NCBI GenBank assembly: GCA_963664225.1
Contig: OY760937.1
Span: 5,248,001 to 5,312,000, forward strand
DNA from: Verrucomicrobiia bacterium
Lineage (GTDB): Bacteria; Verrucomicrobiota; Verrucomicrobiia; Limisphaerales; UBA1319
Direction of reading: 5' to 3'
DNA length: 64,000 nucleotides
Part shown: positions 1-10,196 of the stretch, one piece after another
Position numbering within the stretch: the first letter of the stretch is position 1
How the letters are laid out: each line of letters begins with the position of its first letter
Position numbers and translations under genes: made by a program
The notes under the pieces: generated by a model
Told to the model about the DNA's origin: nothing
Databases searched by the model: none
Seen by the model: only the letters and a program-made list of their open reading frames with translations

Positions 1-3000
1 GATGGCAGCCAGGCCGCGTCTGGCATCGATGTGACACTCACGTTTGGTTCGCAAAGCGGACTACCGGGCATCGCCAGCGCCCGCACGGACTCGCAGGGCC
101 GGTTTAATTTCGCCAACATCCCCGTGGGTGACTTTAATTTCGAGGCCATTGCTCCGGCATTCGACGGCATCGCCCGCTTTGCTTCCCTGGTCGCCGCCAA
201 TGGCCAGACCAATAACCTCGGCAACGTCTCGCTCGACGAGGAGAATCCGCGCGTGGTTGGTGTGAACCCTCCTCACACCACGGTCGGCGTGCCGATCACC
301 ACGGCCGTGACCATGGTCTTCAGCGAACCTCTCGCGACGAACAGTCTTAATACCAATGGCATCTTCCTGCGAACCGGTACGAATGTTGTCCGCGCAGCGT
401 TGCAGTTGCTGCCCGATCCGATCAACGGCCTTTTGCGGGTCGTTCAAATCACGCCCCTGGCCCCGCTTATAAGCCAGAAAACTTACCAGGTGGTCGTGAT
501 CGATGGCACGCGACTCGACGCGACTGGCGGTGCCGTCGCTTCCGGCCCGACAGACTTGGTGGGCCGACCGTTGTTGGTTCCTTTCGTCTCTGATTTCACG
601 ACTGCTGATAATGATCCGCCCGTGCTGGTGTCGCAATTTCCTGCCAACGGCGACATTCAAATCGATCCTCTGGCGGTGCTGCGGCTATCGTTCAACGAAT
701 CCATCCAGTCCTCGAACCTGACCTTTGCCATCACCGGACCGGCCGGGCTCGTCGCGGGAACGACGGCCGTGGGTTTGAACGGTCTGATACTCACCTTCGC
801 ACCGGCGGCACCGCTCGAGGTCAATGCGACATTTACCTTCGCCCTGAGCGGCGTGCGCGACCTCGCCGGGAACCTCGCCGATCATCAGCCGATCACCGGA
901 AACTTCGCTACGCTCGACACCCTCGGCCCGGTCATCGCCACCCTGCGCCTGGCCACCAACCAGTCGCCCGTCGCCGGCGCCACGGTCCAGATCGAGGCAC
1001 TGCTGGCTGGCAACGAATCCGGCGCTCGCGTTCGCTTTACCAAGGACTTTATTCCCATTGGTTCCGACAACTCGGCGCCGTTTACGGTAAACGCGACTCT
1101 GCCCTCCGGTGGCAGCACCACCTTGCGGGCTATCGCCACAGACCGTTTCGGTAACGACGGGCCCTTCACTGAATTGGTCCTCACCGTGCAAAGCAACCGG
1201 CCGCCAAACGTCTTCCTCACGCGGGGCCTGCCACTCAGCGGTCCATTGACTAATGGCCAGGCATTCTCTCTGACCGTAAGGGCAATTGATGACGAGGCCG
1301 TGACCAACATCACCGTGGTCGGTCTCGGGATCCTGCCGTTTGCCACTAACTTTACCAGCGGCGCGCCGCAAACCCTGGCCTTCAACGTGTCGTCCAATGC
1401 GTTGCCCGGAGATCTCTTTCAGATCCGCGCACAGGCAACGGATGGATTGGGAATCAAGTCGAGCGAGGCCGTGCTCGATCTTGTGCTGATCGATACCGTG
1501 CCCCCACTAATCTCCATTCTCAGTCCTGGGGTTAACAGCATCTTGAGTCCCGCGCAGCCGTTGAACCTGATTGTCGCTTCTTCCGATAGTGGCAGCAATT
1601 ACACTTTGCAAGTCGTGTTGAGCGGTGCGCTCAGCGCAACGCAGTCCATCAGCGTGGTTTCCGCGCGCGGCGCGATGGTGACCAATATTTTCAGTTTCTC
1701 TCTGGGCAGCGCACCGACAGATGGGGGTGTCTTGATCGCCAGCGTTCACGCGACCGACTCTTCGGGCAACATCGCAACTGCCATCCGGACTTTCCGCCTG
1801 CCGGATACACGCCCGCCGCAACTGCTATCGTCGAATCCCACCAACGGCGCCGTGCGGCAGTCGCTTTGGCTGGGCTCCATCGGGTTTGATTTCGACGAAC
1901 AGCTCGATCCTTCCAGTGTTACCACCAATTCCGTATTGGTGACCGACGGTGCCGGACCGATGTCATCTTTCAGTGTCACCCTGGGCAACGCCAACCAGCG
2001 CGTGTTGATCGCGTTGCCTGGACCGCTTTTGCCCGGCATGACCTACACGAATTTGCTTTTGCCGGTTCTCGCTGACACCTCGAGCAATCAATGGCAGACC
2101 ATCGGAGGTGGGCCCGTTCCACCCGAAGGGATTCCGTTCACCTTCACGACTGCCGCCGTGATGGAGTCCACTCCGACAAACGGAACTCGTGTCATTGCCG
2201 GCCAGACCGTGACGGTAACCGTCAACTACGAAGCCGGATTAGGCGCGAGCTTCTTCCGGTTTCAACTAAACGGCGGCACGCCAATCCAGGTTGCGGCCGG
2301 AGCGACCAATACTTCCGCCCTGATTCCCATTTCCACGAACGCAACCCAGGGAATTATCACTATTACCGCCAGTCCGGACACGTCGTTCATCGAGGCCCTC
2401 GCGCTGGCGCCGGTCCGCTTGCAAGTACTCCCTCTTACCGGCGATACCGATGGAGATGGCATGCCCAACGGTTATGAAATCGCCAACGGGCTGAACCCAT
2501 TTGCTAACGACACCGCACTGGACCCGGATCAGGATGGTTTGACGAACTTGCAGGAGTTCTTGCGTGGCACCAATCCAAACGACCCGGACACCGACCATGA
2601 CGGATTGACGGATGGAGCGGAAGTCGCGCTGGGCACCGACCCGTTGAATCGGGACACGGACGGTGATGGATTGATCGACGGCGTTGACCCTGACCCGCTC
2701 CACGCTAAAGTGGGCATGCAATTCACCGCCCCCGGGACCTTTGACATCATCGAAGGCACGACGACCAACCTGGTATTACAAGTAGCCTCGACGAACTCGC
2801 AAATCATCTTCTTCGACTATGCGCCCACCAATCTACCGCCTGCCTTCGTCTCGATCAAATCGCACAGTTTCAACAACACCTCCTCGAATGGCGTGGCGAC
2901 GCTCGAATTGGAATTTAACCCCTTGCACGATGCCGCCGGCGAGCATGTGATTAAGCTGCGCGCCGCCACTGCCAGTGGCGAATCCGGTGTGGTCAATATC

Positions 3001-6000
3001 CGGTTGGTGGTTGCCGACAATCCCACACTCACATTCACACGCTGGAAAGACCCGGTAAATGGGAATTGGAGCGATGTCGGCAAATGGTCCGATGGTCTGC
3101 CGGGTGCGGGGAAGGTGGCCGTGATTGATGCCGATGGTACCTACACGGTCAACCTGGATACCGCTGTGGCGACGGCTGGCGTAATCTTGAATGCGAGCAA
3201 TGCCGTGGTCACGCCGACTGGCAATCTGAGCATTGACGCCCCAGTGGAACTGCGTCGAGGAATATTCGTAATTTCTTCCTCCGCGACGATTACGCTGAAT
3301 CGGCCCTTGGTCAATCAAGGGACGCTGCGGTGGGTGAGCCGGAACAACGTGTTTAACCTGCGGGGCGGCGGGCGGGTGGAGAATCTCGGTTTGTGGGAAG
3401 TGTTTGCGGACCCGGCCGGCCCTGACAACGGGGCGGAGGCGACGGTCAACGTGCCGGTGAATGTGGCGGCGGGGGGCAAATTGTTGCTCAGCGCCGGGTG
3501 GGTGAATTTCACGGCGCCCTCAAGCCTGACGGTGGCCGGCGAACTGGAAGTGCAGAGTGGCGGGCGACTGCGGGTGGATGGGAGCACTCCTGCGCGGGAT
3601 TTGACGCTGACGGCGGGAAGTCTGCTGAGCGGGACGGGGACCATCCAATTGGAGGGGAACAACCGGCTGGTGGTGCCGGGCAGTTTGGACACGACGGTGT
3701 CGATTGTCTTGAATGGCGGCGGGACGCGGCTGGTGGTGCCGGGGACCTATACGATTCGGAGCAGCGGTACGATGGTGGGCACGGTGGAGGCCGCAGCGCT
3801 GGTGGTGAAAAGCAACGTGGTATTGGAGGCCAGCAGCAGCGGGTTTACCGGTTTGGTGAAGGTGGAGGACGGAGGGGCTCTGAGGCTGGCCGGCGGGGCG
3901 GTGAGTTTTGGAACAAATGTGTGGATCGAGGCCGGGGCGCGGTGGGAGGTGGTGAGTAGTACGACCATCAATCTGAGCGGGGTGTTGACCAATCAAGGGA
4001 CGCTGCGGTGGGTGAGCCGGAACAACGTGTTTAATCTGCAGGGGGGCGGGCGGGTGGAGAATCTCGGTTTGTGGGAAGTGTTTGCGGACCCGGCCGGCCC
4101 TGACAACGGGGCGGAGGCGACGGTCAACGTGCCGGTGAATGTGGCGGCGGGGGGCAAATTGTTGCTCAGCGCCGGGTGGGTGAATTTCACGGCGCCCTCA
4201 AGCCTGACGGTGGCCGGCGAACTGGAAGTGCAGAGTGGCGGGCGACTGCGGGTGGATGGGAGCACTCCTGCGCGGGATTTGACGCTGACGGCGGGAAGTC
4301 TGCTGAGCGGGACGGGGACCATCCAATTGGAGGGGAACAACCGGCTGGTGGTGCCGGGCAGTTTGGACACGACGGTGTCGATTGTCTTGAATGGCGGCGG
4401 GACGCGGCTGGTGGTGCCGGGGACCTATACGATTCGGAGCAGCGGTACGATGGTGGGCACGGTGGAGGCCGCAGCGCTGGTGGTGAAAAGCAACGTGGTA
4501 TTGGAGGCCAGCAGCAGCGGGTTTACCGGTTTGGTGAAGGTGGAGGACGGAGGGGCTCTGAGGCTGGCCGGCGGGGCGGTGAGTTTTGGAACAAATGTGT
4601 GGATCGAGGCCGGGGCGCGGTGGGAGGTGGTGAGTAGTACGACCATCAATCTGAGCGGGGTGTTGACCAATCAAGGGACGCTGCGGTGGGTGAGCCGGAA
4701 CAACGTGTTTAATCTGCAGGGGGGCGGGCGGGTGGAGAATCTCGGTTTGTGGGAAGTGTTTGCGGACCCGGCCGGCCCTGACAACGGGGCGGAGGCGACG
4801 GTCAACGTGCCGGTGAATGTGGCGGCGGGGGGCAAATTGTTGCTCAGTGCCGGGTGGGTGAATTTCACGGCGCCCTCAAGCCTGACGGTGGCCGGCGAAC
4901 TGGAAGTGCAGAGTGGCGGGCGACTGCGGGTGGATGGGAGCACTCCTGCGCGGGATTTGACGCTGACGGCGGGAAGTCTGCTGAGCGGGACGGGGACCAT
5001 CCAATTGGAGGGGAACAACCGGCTGGTGGTGCCGGGCAGTTTGGACACGACGGTGTCGATTGTCTTGAATGGCGGCGGGACGCGGCTGGTGGTGCCGGGG
5101 ACCTATACGATTCGGAGCAGCGGTACGATGGTGGGCACGGTGGAGGCCGCAGCGCTGGTGGTGAAAAGCAACGTGGTATTGGAGGCCAGCAGCAGCGGGT
5201 TTACCGGTTTGGTGAAGGTGGAGGACGGAGGGGCTCTGAGGCTGGCCGGCGGGGCGGTGAGTTTTGGAACAAATGTGTGGATCGAGGCCGGGGCGCGGTG
5301 GGAGGTGGTGAGTAGTACGACCATCAATCTGAGCGGGGTGTTGACCAATCAAGGGACGCTGCGGTGGGTGAGCCGGAACAACGTGTTTAATCTGCAGGGG
5401 GGCGGGCGGGTGGAGAATCTCGGTTTGTGGGAAGTGTTTGCGGACCCGGCCGGCCCTGACAACGGGGCGGAGGCGACGGTCAACGTGCCGGTGAATGTGG
5501 CGGCGGGGGGCAAATTGTTGCTCAGTGCCGGGTGGGTGAATTTCACGGCGCCCTCAAGCCTGACGGTGGCCGGCGAACTGGAAGTGCAGAGTGGCGGGCG
5601 ACTGCGGGTGGATGGGAGCACTCCTGCGCGGGATTTGATGCTGACGGCGGGAAGTCTGTTGAGCGGGACGGGGACAGTTCGACTAGAAGGTGCGAATCGA
5701 GTGGTGCTTACGGGAGATGTTATTTTGGGCATCGGTCTGCTCGACATGGCGGATGGCACCAGTATTACGGGGGCGTTTACGCTTACTATCGCAGCGGGGT
5801 CAATTCTCCAAATGGATCACTCGTCAACATTCCCCGGTTCAGTTACGGTGGATGGCGCGCTCAAGTTTACAAGTTCATCCGCCACTTTGACGATTATCGG
5901 CTCTCTGGCCCTGAACGCCTCAGGCACCTTGAACAATCCGGGCGCCATTCACGTGGGGTTATTCGTTAATGCCGTGACGGATAACTCCAACGTCATTGGT

Positions 6001-6291
6001 AATGTGCCCGTGCTGATTTCGTCCTTCCAGGGCCTGCTCCACATCGCCCTGTTCGGAAGCCCTGCATCCACAGATTCCGGGCTGCGCTCCATCCCGATCG
6101 CTGGTCGTAGCGAGGTCTTGCTGTGGTGGAACGCGCAAGCCCACATGCGGTTTACGGTGGAATCGAGCCTTGATTTGGTGCGCTGGCAGCAAGAATCCGT
6201 GCTGATCGAAGAACCGCTACCCGGTTCCTACCAGACGCATCTGGATCCGGGTAACCATCCCAGGCTGTTCTACCGTGTGCACGAACTGTAA
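1..6291 (+). CDS. Giant secreted surface protein / putative adhesin, 5' end outside the window: carboxypeptidase-regulatory-like and bacterial Ig-like domains, TSP3-like Ca-binding repeats, beta-helix-like repeats, Verrucomicrobia-type C-terminal domain
   Basis: Frame is open from base 1 to TAA at 6291. Ig-like motifs (VFSEPL, SFNESI, DLAGN); [12 protein letters not shown] / [12 protein letters not shown] / [12 protein letters not shown] / [10 protein letters not shown] repeats; [14 protein letters not shown] motif; C-terminus [10 protein letters not shown]...FYRV. Confidence 0.85.
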   Translation, partial: DGSQAASGIDVTLTFGSQSGLPGIASARTDSQGRFNFANIPVGDFNFEAIAPAFDGIARFASLVAANGQTNNLGNVSLDEENPRVVGVNPPHTTVGVPITTAVTMVFSEPLATNSLNTNGIFLRTGTNVVRAALQLLPDPINGLLRVVQITPLAPLISQKTYQVVVIDGTRLDATGGAVASGPTDLVGRPLLVPFVSDFTTADNDPPVLVSQFPANGDIQIDPLAVLRLSFNESIQSSNLTFAITGPAGLVAGTTAVGLNGLILTFAPAAPLEVNATFTFALSGVRDLAGNLADHQPITGNFATLDTLGPVIATLRLATNQSPVAGATVQIEALLAGNESGARVRFTKDFIPIGSDNSAPFTVNATLPSGGSTTLRAIATDRFGNDGPFTELVLTVQSNRPPNVFLTRGLPLSGPLTNGQAFSLTVRAIDDEAVTNITVVGLGILPFATNFTSGAPQTLAFNVSSNALPGDLFQIRAQATDGLGIKSSEAVLDLVLIDTVPPLISILSPGVNSILSPAQPLNLIVASSDSGSNYTLQVVLSGALSATQSISVVSARGAMVTNIFSFSLGSAPTDGGVLIASVHATDSSGNIATAIRTFRLPDTRPPQLLSSNPTNGAVRQSLWLGSIGFDFDEQLDPSSVTTNSVLVTDGAGPMSSFSVTLGNANQRVLIALPGPLLPGMTYTNLLLPVLADTSSNQWQTIGGGPVPPEGIPFTFTTAAVMESTPTNGTRVIAGQTVTVTVNYEAGLGASFFRFQLNGGTPIQVAAGATNTSALIPISTNATQGIITITASPDTSFIEALALAPVRLQVLPLTGDTDGDGMPNGYEIANGLNPFANDTALDPDQDGLTNLQEFLRGTNPNDPDTDHDGLTDGAEVALGTDPLNRDTDGDGLIDGVDPDPLHAKVGMQFTAPGTFDIIEGTTTNLVLQVASTNSQIIFFDYAPTNLPPAFVSIKSHSFNNTSSNGVATLELEFNPLHDAAGEHVIKLRAATASGESGVVNIRLVVADNPTLTFTRWKDPVNGNWSDVGKWSDGLPGAGKVAVIDADGTYTVNLDTAVATAGVILNASNAVVTPTGNLSIDAPVELRRGIFVISSSATITLNRPLVNQGTLRWVSRNNVFNLRGGGRVENLGLWEVFADPAGPDNGAEATVNVPVNVAAGGKLLLSAGWVNFTAPSSLTVAGELEVQSGGRLRVDGSTPARDLTLTAGSLLSGTGTIQLEGNNRLVVPGSLDTTVSIVLNGGGTRLVVPGTYTIRSSGTMVGTVEAAALVVKSNVVLEASSSGFTGLVKVEDGGALRLAGGAVSFGTNVWIEAGARWEVVSSTTINLSGVLTNQGTLRWVSRNNVFNLQGGGRVENLGLWEVFADPAGPDNGAEATVNVPVNVAAGGKLLLSAGWVNFTAPSSLTVAGELEVQSGGRLRVDGSTPARDLTLTAGSLLSGTGTIQLEGNNRLVVPGSLDTTVSIVLNGGGTRLVVPGTYTIRSSGTMVGTVEAAALVVKSNVVLEASSSGFTGLVKVEDGGALRLAGGAVSFGTNVWIEAGARWEVVSSTTINLSGVLTNQGTLRWVSRNNVFNLQGGGRVENLGLWEVFADPAGPDNGAEATVNVPVNVAAGGKLLLSAGWVNFTAPSSLTVAGELEVQSGGRLRVDGSTPARDLTLTAGSLLSGTGTIQLEGNNRLVVPGSLDTTVSIVLNGGGTRLVVPGTYTIRSSGTMVGTVEAAALVVKSNVVLEASSSGFTGLVKVEDGGALRLAGGAVSFGTNVWIEAGARWEVVSSTTINLSGVLTNQGTLRWVSRNNVFNLQGGGRVENLGLWEVFADPAGPDNGAEATVNVPVNVAAGGKLLLSAGWVNFTAPSSLTVAGELEVQSGGRLRVDGSTPARDLMLTAGSLLSGTGTVRLEGANRVVLTGDVILGIGLLDMADGTSITGAFTLTIAAGSILQMDHSSTFPGSVTVDGALKFTSSSATLTIIGSLALNASGTLNNPGAIHVGLFVNAVTDNSNVIGNVPVLISSFQGLLHIALFGSPASTDSGLRSIPIAGRSEVLLWWNAQAHMRFTVESSLDLVRWQQESVLIEEPLPGSYQTHLDPGNHPRLFYRVHEL
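3312..5674 (+). repeat. Intragenic tandem repeat, 678-bp unit (226 aa), 3 full copies plus about half a copy
   Basis: CAATCAAGGGACGCTGCGGTGG recurs at 3312, 3990, 4668 and 5346; the copies differ at only a few bases. Confidence 0.97.
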
Positions 6292-6570
6292 GAGCCTGTT
6301 TTAAAACTAATGTTTGACCCAGCGATAGAGCATCAGACGGGACATGGCCAGGCAAACCATCTCCTCGACGACATCGGCTCTGTGTGCGTAGTCGCGGATC
6401 AAACGCCGATAGCGGCCCAGCCATCCAAAGGTTCGCTCGACCACCCATCGGCGCGGCAAGACGACAAACTTGGCCAGGGTGTCCGAGTGTTTGACTGTTT
6501 CCAAAACACACCGCAGGGATTGCAGGGTCCATTGGACCAATTGCCCGGCGTAGCCGCCGTCGGCCCAGCT
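6292..6570 (-). mobile_element. IS5-family (IS1031-like) transposase C-terminal remnant with one terminal inverted repeat
   Basis: WADGGYAG...FVVLPRRWVVERTFGWLGRYRRLIRDY motif. The end sequence GAGCCTGTTTTAAAA directly follows the TAA of the upstream gene. The N-terminal part is missing. Confidence 0.85.
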
Positions 6571-6790
6571 TAACCGGATAAATACGACCGAGCAGGCAAA
6601 GCGAGCGCTGGCATTGGGCTCCTTGCCTGGCTCATCCAGGCCTGTCCGGGGTAAGCAAAGAGCGTGTCCGCCTCGTGGAATTGTCGAACGGCCCAATTCG
6701 TTTCTGGAGCTTCGGTGGATGCTGGCTGCGATGGTGCGGAAAGTGCACCCGACAGCGTGGTTAACGTAAGACAGGCTTAAAGGTTACTTT

Positions 6791-7801
6791 TCAAGGCGTG
6801 AATCCAAGGTCTTGAGGTGTTTGGCGGGTGATGCCGAAGATGGACGTTTGGCCATCGTGAAACCTCTCTCGCAACTCGAAGTTCTCGAAGGCGATACCCC
6901 CGGGGATTGGTCGTGATGAGCGCCAGTAGGTGTAGCGACCGTTCACCACCACCTGCACGTCATTCCGGAACGAACCGGTGTCCATGGCCCAATACTGAGT
7001 AATCCTGCACCCGGCGTAATGCCACAGCTCCGAATTCGGGAAGGGATAAACGGATGCCGGATCCTCCTCGTCGTTGGTGATGGCAACCAGCACGCGACCG
7101 GTGCTGGTCCGGTGCAAGCGGGACAAAGGATATTCCCGGTGCGGTGCAAATCCTGTGTCCCGGTAATCCGAATAAACCTTCAGGCTGCTCACTACTTCGT
7201 GATTGAGCCAAAGCTGACGGGTCCTGACCATGTTCCCCATCGTGGCAGTAAGGATGCAGTATTCCAGCGGCGCGCTGTCCGGCTCCTGAAAGACGATCAA
7301 TTGGATCTCGTTGGGCCGGTCGGAATGCTGGCGGACCACCAGTCGTACGTGGGCACCGTTTTCGAACTTCTCAACCTGGAGACCGACTTCAAGTTCCTCC
7401 TGCCCGTCGGCCTGCCTCACGAGATGCCCCGAGACCAGATTTGTCATGGAGCCGCCGCCAGCGCCTTGAGGGCAGATGCGTTTGCCGGCCACCCCATCAA
7501 GCTGGCTGCGCTCCAATTCACTGAAGCCACGATGTCCGCCAACAATGGGCTCAATGGCGATGAAGTTAATCAGGTCGTAACGTTTCTCCGGAAGCACCGG
7601 GTAGCCAAGACGGATGAGCCCTCGTGGCTCGCCAGGCCGAAAACCGGCGGGAGCCACGGCCCATAGCAGCCCCCCGCGAATACCCCAGACAGGCTGATTC
7701 GTGTTCATCCCCGGTCGGATCCAATCGCGCTCGGCTGCGACTGAAGACGCTGCGACCAAAAAGAGGAGCATTAAAAGGCGAAGCGCACGACCGCTGCTCA
7801 T
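6791..7801 (-). CDS. Hypothetical secreted protein
   Basis: 336-aa ORF with a signal peptide (MSSGRALRLLMLLFLVAASSVAA); its ATG overlaps the upstream stop (ATGA). Confidence 0.75.
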   Translation of the reverse strand: MSSGRALRLLMLLFLVAASSVAAERDWIRPGMNTNQPVWGIRGGLLWAVAPAGFRPGEPRGLIRLGYPVLPEKRYDLINFIAIEPIVGGHRGFSELERSQLDGVAGKRICPQGAGGGSMTNLVSGHLVRQADGQEELEVGLQVEKFENGAHVRLVVRQHSDRPNEIQLIVFQEPDSAPLEYCILTATMGNMVRTRQLWLNHEVVSSLKVYSDYRDTGFAPHREYPLSRLHRTSTGRVLVAITNDEEDPASVYPFPNSELWHYAGCRITQYWAMDTGSFRNDVQVVVNGRYTYWRSSRPIPGGIAFENFELRERFHDGQTSIFGITRQTPQDLGFTP

Positions 7802-8139
7802 GCCGGCACCTCCACACATTGGTCGAGGCCCGCCTTGAGTTCATCCATCAAAGCTGGCTCCCTGTAGCGATAAACTTCTGGAATGCGAAGGCAAATGATT
7901 CTTTTCCACGCCAAGGCGTCAGCGAATTTCTCGGCCAGCGGCCTCCCATGCCTCATCTCTGTCACGAAATTAATGTCAGCCAAACCGATATGCCCTACAT
8001 TAAGGCGCGCCATGGCTCGCGGTGAAGTGTCGGCGAAATTCAATAAGTAATCCATAAAGCCTCGGTACATGTGCTCCGCAGTCATGCTCCGCAACCGGTT
8101 TGGGCTGCATACGAAAAGCAGTTTCTGGGCTTGGCTCAT
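7798..8139 (-). CDS. Low-molecular-weight protein tyrosine phosphatase-like protein
   Basis: N-terminal LFVCSPNRLRS (CX5R P-loop) followed by TAE; 113 aa. Confidence 0.75.
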   Translation of the reverse strand: MSQAQKLLFVCSPNRLRSMTAEHMYRGFMDYLLNFADTSPRAMARLNVGHIGLADINFVTEMRHGRPLAEKFADALAWKRIICLRIPEVYRYREPALMDELKAGLDQCVEVPA

Positions 8140-8145
8140 TGTCAG

Positions 8146-8182
8146 AATGATTCAGTAATCCGCCAGATCTTCCAAGCTGACA
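8146..8182 (+). repeat. 37-bp direct repeat, copy 1 (res/att-like)
   Basis: AATGATTCAGTAATCCGCCAGATCTTCCAAGCTGACA; matches 18313-18349 at 35/37 positions. Confidence 0.9.
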
Positions 8183-8444
8183 TTTTGGGGTTTGTCCGAC
8201 GAGTATGTCCCTGATGTCATAGTTCACCGTGTATTGGACACTTCGAATGGCTTGGAAGAAAGCGGTTCCTGCGTAAAGGGCTGCAACTGTAATGCTCCGA
8301 CCTTGCTTAGGGCTAAGCCGCTCTGTGCGAGGCTATTCCAAGTGCTTTGGGGCGACAGTCCGCTTGATGTTCTACCTTAAATATGCACTTTCAGGACTTC
8401 TGCCTCTAAGCGCTTTGTAAAACGTGAATTAGCATATTGGGAAT

Positions 8445-8660
8445 ATGCTTCCCGGATGCACCGAAAGCCCTCGGCAGATTGGAGCTGCTGCCGCGTTTAT
8501 TAGCACCCGGATGGTTGCGGGTCGTGTGTCTTTCTCTCTGGCTGATCTGGTCAAAAAAACGGGATTGTCCCTTACGACAGCAAAGAAACAATTGCGCCGG
8601 TTAGGCGGTCGAGTTGTCAGGGTTTCTCGGTTGCGGCAGTTTTTCCTAATTGTTGGCCCG
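8445..8660 (+). pseudogene. N-terminal fragment of a type IV toxin-antitoxin AbiEi-family antitoxin
   Basis: HTH-like GRVSFSLADLVKKTGLSLTTAKKQLRRL...FFLIV; similarity stops where the convergent ABC fragment begins. Confidence 0.6.
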
Positions 8661-8661
8661 G

Positions 8662-8798
8662 CTTCAACGTGGTGGATTTGCCGGCGCCGTTGGATCCGAG
8701 AAAGCCGACAATTTGCCCGGCGGAAATTTCAACGAGAGCGAGTTCACCGCCGTCTGGGCACCGAAAGTCTTGGTCAGTTGGTCGATGGAAATCACCAT
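8662..8798 (-). pseudogene. ABC transporter ATP-binding protein, frameshifted 5' fragment
   Basis: Minus strand reads MVISIDQLTKTFGAQTAVNSLS, then after a 1-nt frameshift EISAGQIVGFLGSNGAGKSTTLK (Walker A), then is truncated. Confidence 0.8.
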
Positions 8799-8851
8799 AT
8801 TATTTTGAAGATTTAGCTGAGGATGCTGCAGATATCATTGGCGAACCAATT

Positions 8852-10183
8852 TTAGTTGGGACTGACTCCACGCAACGGTTTATCGCGCGGCTGGACATCT
8901 AAGCCCTCGGGCGCGTCATCGTGATTTGGAGTGAAATGAAACTCGCCCGGTTCCATGATCAACGTCAGGTTGGTAACGTCACCGCTCACTTTGCCGATAA
9001 TTTGATTGTTCAGCCAGTCCAAGCTGGGATTGCGACGCGAGTATTTATAGCCTTTTAATCGTGCGCTCAGGGTCACGGATTCAGTCGGTACAGACTGAAA
9101 CTCAAAGCGACCGTCGGCAGATAAAACAACGTCGGTGTAATCCGAAGCCCCTTGCCGCGACAGCAGCAAATGAGTGCGCGCTGGCATGGGGTTGCCGTCT
9201 GTAAGGAGAATTTGCCCGGAAACGCGGCAACCGGTTTGCAATACCAGATCGCTCAAATCGGTCATTGATTTGTTTTTACCGGAGGTAAATAGCTTCGGAG
9301 ACAGCGCGCCCTTGCCTTGCAGCGAATTCATCGTCCCCGACAGAACCAAGGCTTTTTCCGGTGGTAGATTTGGAATTGAGAAACATCCATTGCTATCGGT
9401 GGCGATTTTGTCGCTGGAAAAAAACTCCCCGAGAGGCCGATCAGCAGGGAGAATTTGGACCACCGCCGCAGATACGGGGGCACCGGCAACAACGAGACGA
9501 CCGGTCACAGTCACACCCGTGTGCAGGCGGACTAAATAATCACGTCCCGGCTTCAATTGAAACGGGCGCGGTGCGGCATCACGCGCCGACGCCATGCCAT
9601 AGATCAGGTCAACTTTTGATTTGCACCGGACCAGAAATCGACCGTTGGTATCGCTGATGGCTGTTTCGTCGACAAACCGGTTCGCTTCGCCCCATTGCTT
9701 ACTACCATTCCCAGAACTGACGCCCTGGGCTTGTATCGTGGCTCCCACGATGGCCTGGCCATCATCGCCGATGACCACACCAGAGATGCGTAATTCCGGA
9801 GGCGTCGCGTTCACATTCAAAACTTTCAGGGTGATATTGGTCACCCCACGCACCGGATTAACTTTATCCATGAATTTACTTTCGTGTTCCGGCGCGAGCA
9901 CAAGTAGTCGGAACATCAGTGTCGGGTCGAGCGAAGAGATCACAAACTCACCGTTCGTCCCAGTGAAAGTCTGTTTCCGGCAATCGGCATAACCCGAAGG
10001 ACAAAGGCTCGAAACTCCCTGTTGCGGCACGGCGGAATAAACCAGAATTGTGGCGTTGGTAATTGCAGAACCATCCGGATTGGTAACGCGACCGACAAGG
10101 TCTGGTCTGACAGGTTCAGCCCCGGCAACGGCGACCGCCAGTGCGGCAACCAACATTAAACAAATATTTCGAATCGTTTTCAT
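8852..10183 (-). CDS. Secreted protein with repeated carboxypeptidase-regulatory-like (beta-sandwich) domains
   Basis: Signal peptide; repeated GRV..PDG..I..A.I / TD.NG.F modules. Confidence 0.8.
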   Translation of the reverse strand: MKTIRNICLMLVAALAVAVAGAEPVRPDLVGRVTNPDGSAITNATILVYSAVPQQGVSSLCPSGYADCRKQTFTGTNGEFVISSLDPTLMFRLLVLAPEHESKFMDKVNPVRGVTNITLKVLNVNATPPELRISGVVIGDDGQAIVGATIQAQGVSSGNGSKQWGEANRFVDETAISDTNGRFLVRCKSKVDLIYGMASARDAAPRPFQLKPGRDYLVRLHTGVTVTGRLVVAGAPVSAAVVQILPADRPLGEFFSSDKIATDSNGCFSIPNLPPEKALVLSGTMNSLQGKGALSPKLFTSGKNKSMTDLSDLVLQTGCRVSGQILLTDGNPMPARTHLLLSRQGASDYTDVVLSADGRFEFQSVPTESVTLSARLKGYKYSRRNPSLDWLNNQIIGKVSGDVTNLTLIMEPGEFHFTPNHDDAPEGLDVQPRDKPLRGVSPN

Positions 10184-10196
10184 GGCGTTTGGCGGG

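Noticed and set aside
3312..5674. CRISPR array or non-coding repeat
   Set aside because: In-frame 678-bp coding repeats with no spacers; no cas genes or short spaced repeats seen in the window.
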